From: Candidatus Heimdallarchaeota archaeon
GTDB taxonomy: Archaea; Asgardarchaeota; Heimdallarchaeia; JABLTI01
Direction of reading: 5' to 3'
Length of the DNA: 32,000 bases
Assembly: GCA_030614005.1 (NCBI GenBank)
Contig: JAUWKS010000032.1
Coordinates: forward strand, 1-32,000
This document shows positions 29,165-32,000 of this stretch, piece by piece. A program made the translations under genes and the position numbers. How positions within the stretch are numbered: position 1 is the stretch's first letter; each line of letters begins with the position of its first letter. The notes beneath the pieces are model-generated. The model ran no database searches. It saw only the letters and a program-made list of their open reading frames with translations, and was not told where the DNA came from.

Positions 29165-29658
29165 TTACTGATTGAAAAATGGATCTACTTTATTTATTTA
29201 AAGTTAACTTGAAGAAGTAACCATTTTTGATCGGATATTTTAAGTTATTCTAAGATTTATTTCTAGTATTAATTTTTTCTCAGTAAAATAGTTAAATTTT
29301 TGTTGAATTTATGTATAAGGTATTTGTTTAGAAATTGGAAAAAAATTAGAGGGATAGGATATTTTACTTGCTGAATTACTAAAAATGGAAAACAAGTAAA
29401 TACCAGGTTATTCCAAGAAGATTCTGCTTAGAATATCTTTTTGGAATCTTTGGTTAATTTCTGTTTTAGTTTTTTCTTTGAACTTGAAGAGAAAGTGTGC
29501 ACAAAAACCATCTATTATTATTTCCTCTTTCTTATTTATTCGAATATCCCGCAATATCTATAATTCTATTGAATAAATTTAAATCCTAAAGTATGTTTTT
29601 GTTTAAAAGAACTTTTAAATCCTATAGAAGAGTATTAGATTTTGGTTTCACAAGATCA

Positions 29659-30825
29659 TTATTTTAAAATTTGATATAGTTTATTATATTTTTTAATTAG
29701 GTATTTATCATAAATTAATGAGTCTAAAGCTGTACTAGCTTTTTTACCCAAATGTATAAGTTCTATTTTTTTTATTTTTTTATTAATTATTTTTCTATTA
29801 ATTAATTTTTTATTAATAATTGAACCTAATTTTAAGTTATCAGTAATCTCTCTATAATTATTTTCATTTAAAAATTCAAAGAATCCTTTTACCAAATCCT
29901 TATTTTTAAAGAAATCGAGTATAATCTTAAATTCGAGTAAAGGTTCATCTGATTTCTCTTCAACAAGTTTCTTACATAATTTTATCAAATTATGACTTTC
30001 ATTACCAAAATTAAAGTCTATAAATTTTCTATGCAACTTGCTTATTAAATGAAGATCGATGAGTTTAATATCTGAATAATCACTTTTTCGACCAATTAAA
30101 TTTAAGATTTTCTTTATATCGGATATTTCTGAGATGAAGTTTTCGAAATCTACACTAAAATTTGATTTTGATTTATATTTATTTATGAAATTGTTTTTTT
30201 TCCATTTCTCTTGTACCAATTTAGTGATTTCTTCATTATTCAGGAATATAATTTCATCTATTGGTGTTCTAGTGTAGAAATGTGCTAATTTTCCAATGAT
30301 TACTTGTCTTGCGGGTTCAATTACTCTCGCCATCCAACAATTATTGAAGTTATTTTTCACAATTTTATATGGAATCGAAAATGGATTTTGAAAATCTATG
30401 TAAAAAGGACCTGCTGTTTTATTTTCACTAATTTTAATCTCAGGTAAATAGCAAATTCTAGTGGTATCTCTAATATTTTTCTTTGAAAATTCAACATAAC
30501 TTGTATTTCTAGATTTTATAGGTTTTGTATGATATAATGGATAGAACACAAGATTATATTTTGGTCTTATTTCACAATCTTGACTTGCTAAAATTCCATA
30601 AGTTGGTTTAAGGAAAGTTTCAATAAATATCGCTTCTCCTTCACCTATAACTCTAGATTGTAGTAACTCAGCTTCATTCTCTAAACTATCTCTACCAATT
30701 TTTGATTCAACCAAAATGTCATTTGTAATTATTGGTAAATTCCTAAATATATCTCCTTGTTTAAGTGAAGATTCATTTCTTTTCAATTTGTATTTATAAA
30801 TTATATCTATCATTGAAATACACAT
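29659..30825 (-). CDS. Hypothetical protein: N-terminal QGDIF..SQDC..IDF..GKLAHFYTR domain (possible PemK/MazF-like fold) plus K/N-rich helical tail
   Basis: Motif pattern recognised from a widespread accessory family; fold assignment is inference. Confidence 0.6.
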   Translation of the reverse strand: MCISMIDIIYKYKLKRNESSLKQGDIFRNLPIITNDILVESKIGRDSLENEAELLQSRVIGEGEAIFIETFLKPTYGILASQDCEIRPKYNLVFYPLYHTKPIKSRNTSYVEFSKKNIRDTTRICYLPEIKISENKTAGPFYIDFQNPFSIPYKIVKNNFNNCWMARVIEPARQVIIGKLAHFYTRTPIDEIIFLNNEEITKLVQEKWKKNNFINKYKSKSNFSVDFENFISEISDIKKILNLIGRKSDYSDIKLIDLHLISKLHRKFIDFNFGNESHNLIKLCKKLVEEKSDEPLLEFKIILDFFKNKDLVKGFFEFLNENNYREITDNLKLGSIINKKLINRKIINKKIKKIELIHLGKKASTALDSLIYDKYLIKKYNKLYQILK

Positions 30826-30835
30826 TTTCCTTTAA

Positions 30836-31407
30836 TCAACCAAAATTGGTATTTTTTGTAATGTTTGAAGCGAATAACACAAGCTTTCGTAATAAATATC
30901 TACACTCTTCAAATTCCTTTATTTTTGGAATTTCATCATAATACCCTTTCCAATAAACAACATCTAACCAATCATAGTAAAAAAAACCTTTAACAAAAGA
31001 GCTAAATAAATAATCATAAGTTAAACAAGAAACTTGAAAAGGAAGGTTAATAGTTAAAAAATTCTCAGAATCGGTCATTTTGCTTTCAAGAGCGACTGCA
31101 TTGAATCTTTCATAAAGTGTAGCCAAAGTTAATGGTGGATTTCTTATTTCACCTTTCATATCTAATATTTTCCTTATAAAGATAGAGAACATTTCAGGAA
31201 TTATATATTGAGCTTCTTTCTGTTCTAATAGTATTCTCTAAATACGCTATCTAAGTACTGATTGAAAAACTTTGCAGTTTTTTCAACGTTGAAGTCTTTA
31301 TTTTCCATACATTCTTTGGAATATAATATCTTCACGAATTCACTAGTTTTTGTTTTAAATTCAAATATAATTTCATCTCTTGATTTAGAAGTAAAAATTT
31401 TTGACAT
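30836..31407 (-). pseudogene. Two short ORFs (31225-31407, 30836-31192) probably one frameshifted gene
   Basis: The downstream frame is open back to 31237 (RILLEQKEAQYIIPEMFS) and overlaps the end of the upstream ORF (FREYY*); one indel at 31228-31237 would join them. Confidence 0.5.
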
Positions 31408-31418
31408 CTATATACCCA

Positions 31419-32000
31419 CTAAAATTCCTCATCCAATAATCCTAATTCTTCTTTATAATCTTCTGTTAGGAATTCGATAAAATATGTTACAATCATATTA
31501 TGCGCATTGTTTAGTTTCATTTCCAATTCATCTGAGTTTATGTTTATATCGAGATTTCCATTTATAAAAATACTTTCGATTTGAAATTTATAGAACTCAT
31601 CTCGTTCGGGAAGAGATTTAAATCTTAGAATTATCTTTTGGTGGTCTTCCATGGATTCAAATGCTTTAATACCAAAAGTTATATCATTGTATTTTATATC
31701 CCAATTGTCTGGTGTTTCAATAGATACAGTAAAGTATTTCTTAAAATTGAACCCTTCTTTTTGAATTGAAAATAAATCAACATAAATCAAATTAATTCCT
31801 GAAATAGCAGGAATTTTAATTATTTTATTTAAAATCCTTAGTGTTTTTAGTATCCTTTCTATTTCTCGTTGCCATACATCATAATTAGAAAATCCAAACA
31901 CTAAGAAATCTTTGCCTAATTCAAATCCATTTTTATTGTCCTTATCTAAGAATCGAATAGGTCCCAGTCCGAAATTTATCTCTCCCTGTCGTGGTACCAG
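31419..32000 (-). CDS. TIGR04255-like protein, 5'-truncated by the window edge
   Basis: Frame is open to base 32000 (LVPRQGEINFGLGPIRFLDKDNKNGFELGKDFLVFGFSNYDVW), then ISGINLIYVD and LNNAHNMIVTYFIEFLT, matching the Y..W / IGLRYIN / AH...F...IT pattern. Confidence 0.65.
   Translation of the reverse strand: MVPRQGEINFGLGPIRFLDKDNKNGFELGKDFLVFGFSNYDVWQREIERILKTLRILNKIIKIPAISGINLIYVDLFSIQKEGFNFKKYFTVSIETPDNWDIKYNDITFGIKAFESMEDHQKIILRFKSLPERDEFYKFQIESIFINGNLDININSDELEMKLNNAHNMIVTYFIEFLTEDYKEELGLLDEEF

Noticed and set aside
29100-29650. 5S rRNA, tRNA or CRISPR array downstream of 23S
   Set aside because: Only a T-tract, one hairpin and AT-rich sequence; no 5S or tRNA motifs and no regularly spaced repeats anywhere in the window.

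Overview
AT-rich archaeal chromosome segment, most likely from an Asgard archaeon, probably Heimdallarchaeia-like. This is an inference from the archaeal 23S sequence, a ~128-nt expansion segment at the ES39/H98 position, a membrane-anchored RING protein and zinc-ribbon membrane proteins. Bases 1-25000 hold mostly metabolic, surface and signalling genes (multidomain protease, tandem HSL esterases, Tag glycosylase, amidohydrolase, 4xPAS protein, radical SAM, GH35, alkaline phosphatase, RING and wHTH membrane proteins) plus several gene scars. A stand-alone 23S rRNA gene (~25799-29047, no 16S or 5S in the window) is flanked by a BHB-like processing stem. The main result is two miniature ORF-less introns in this 23S. 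One is 69 nt with a textbook bulge-helix-bulge (BHB) motif in the helix 89 loop (28378-28446). The other is 61 nt with a relaxed BHB/BHL motif inside the sarcin-ricin loop (28629-28689). Cutting each after the second nucleotide of its bulges exactly restores the conserved rRNA sequence. Downstream, a very AT-rich minus-strand cluster (TIGR04255-like gene, frameshifted small gene, QGDI/SQDC protein) looks like an acquired accessory or defence-type module. Family assignments come from motif recognition only; no searches were run.
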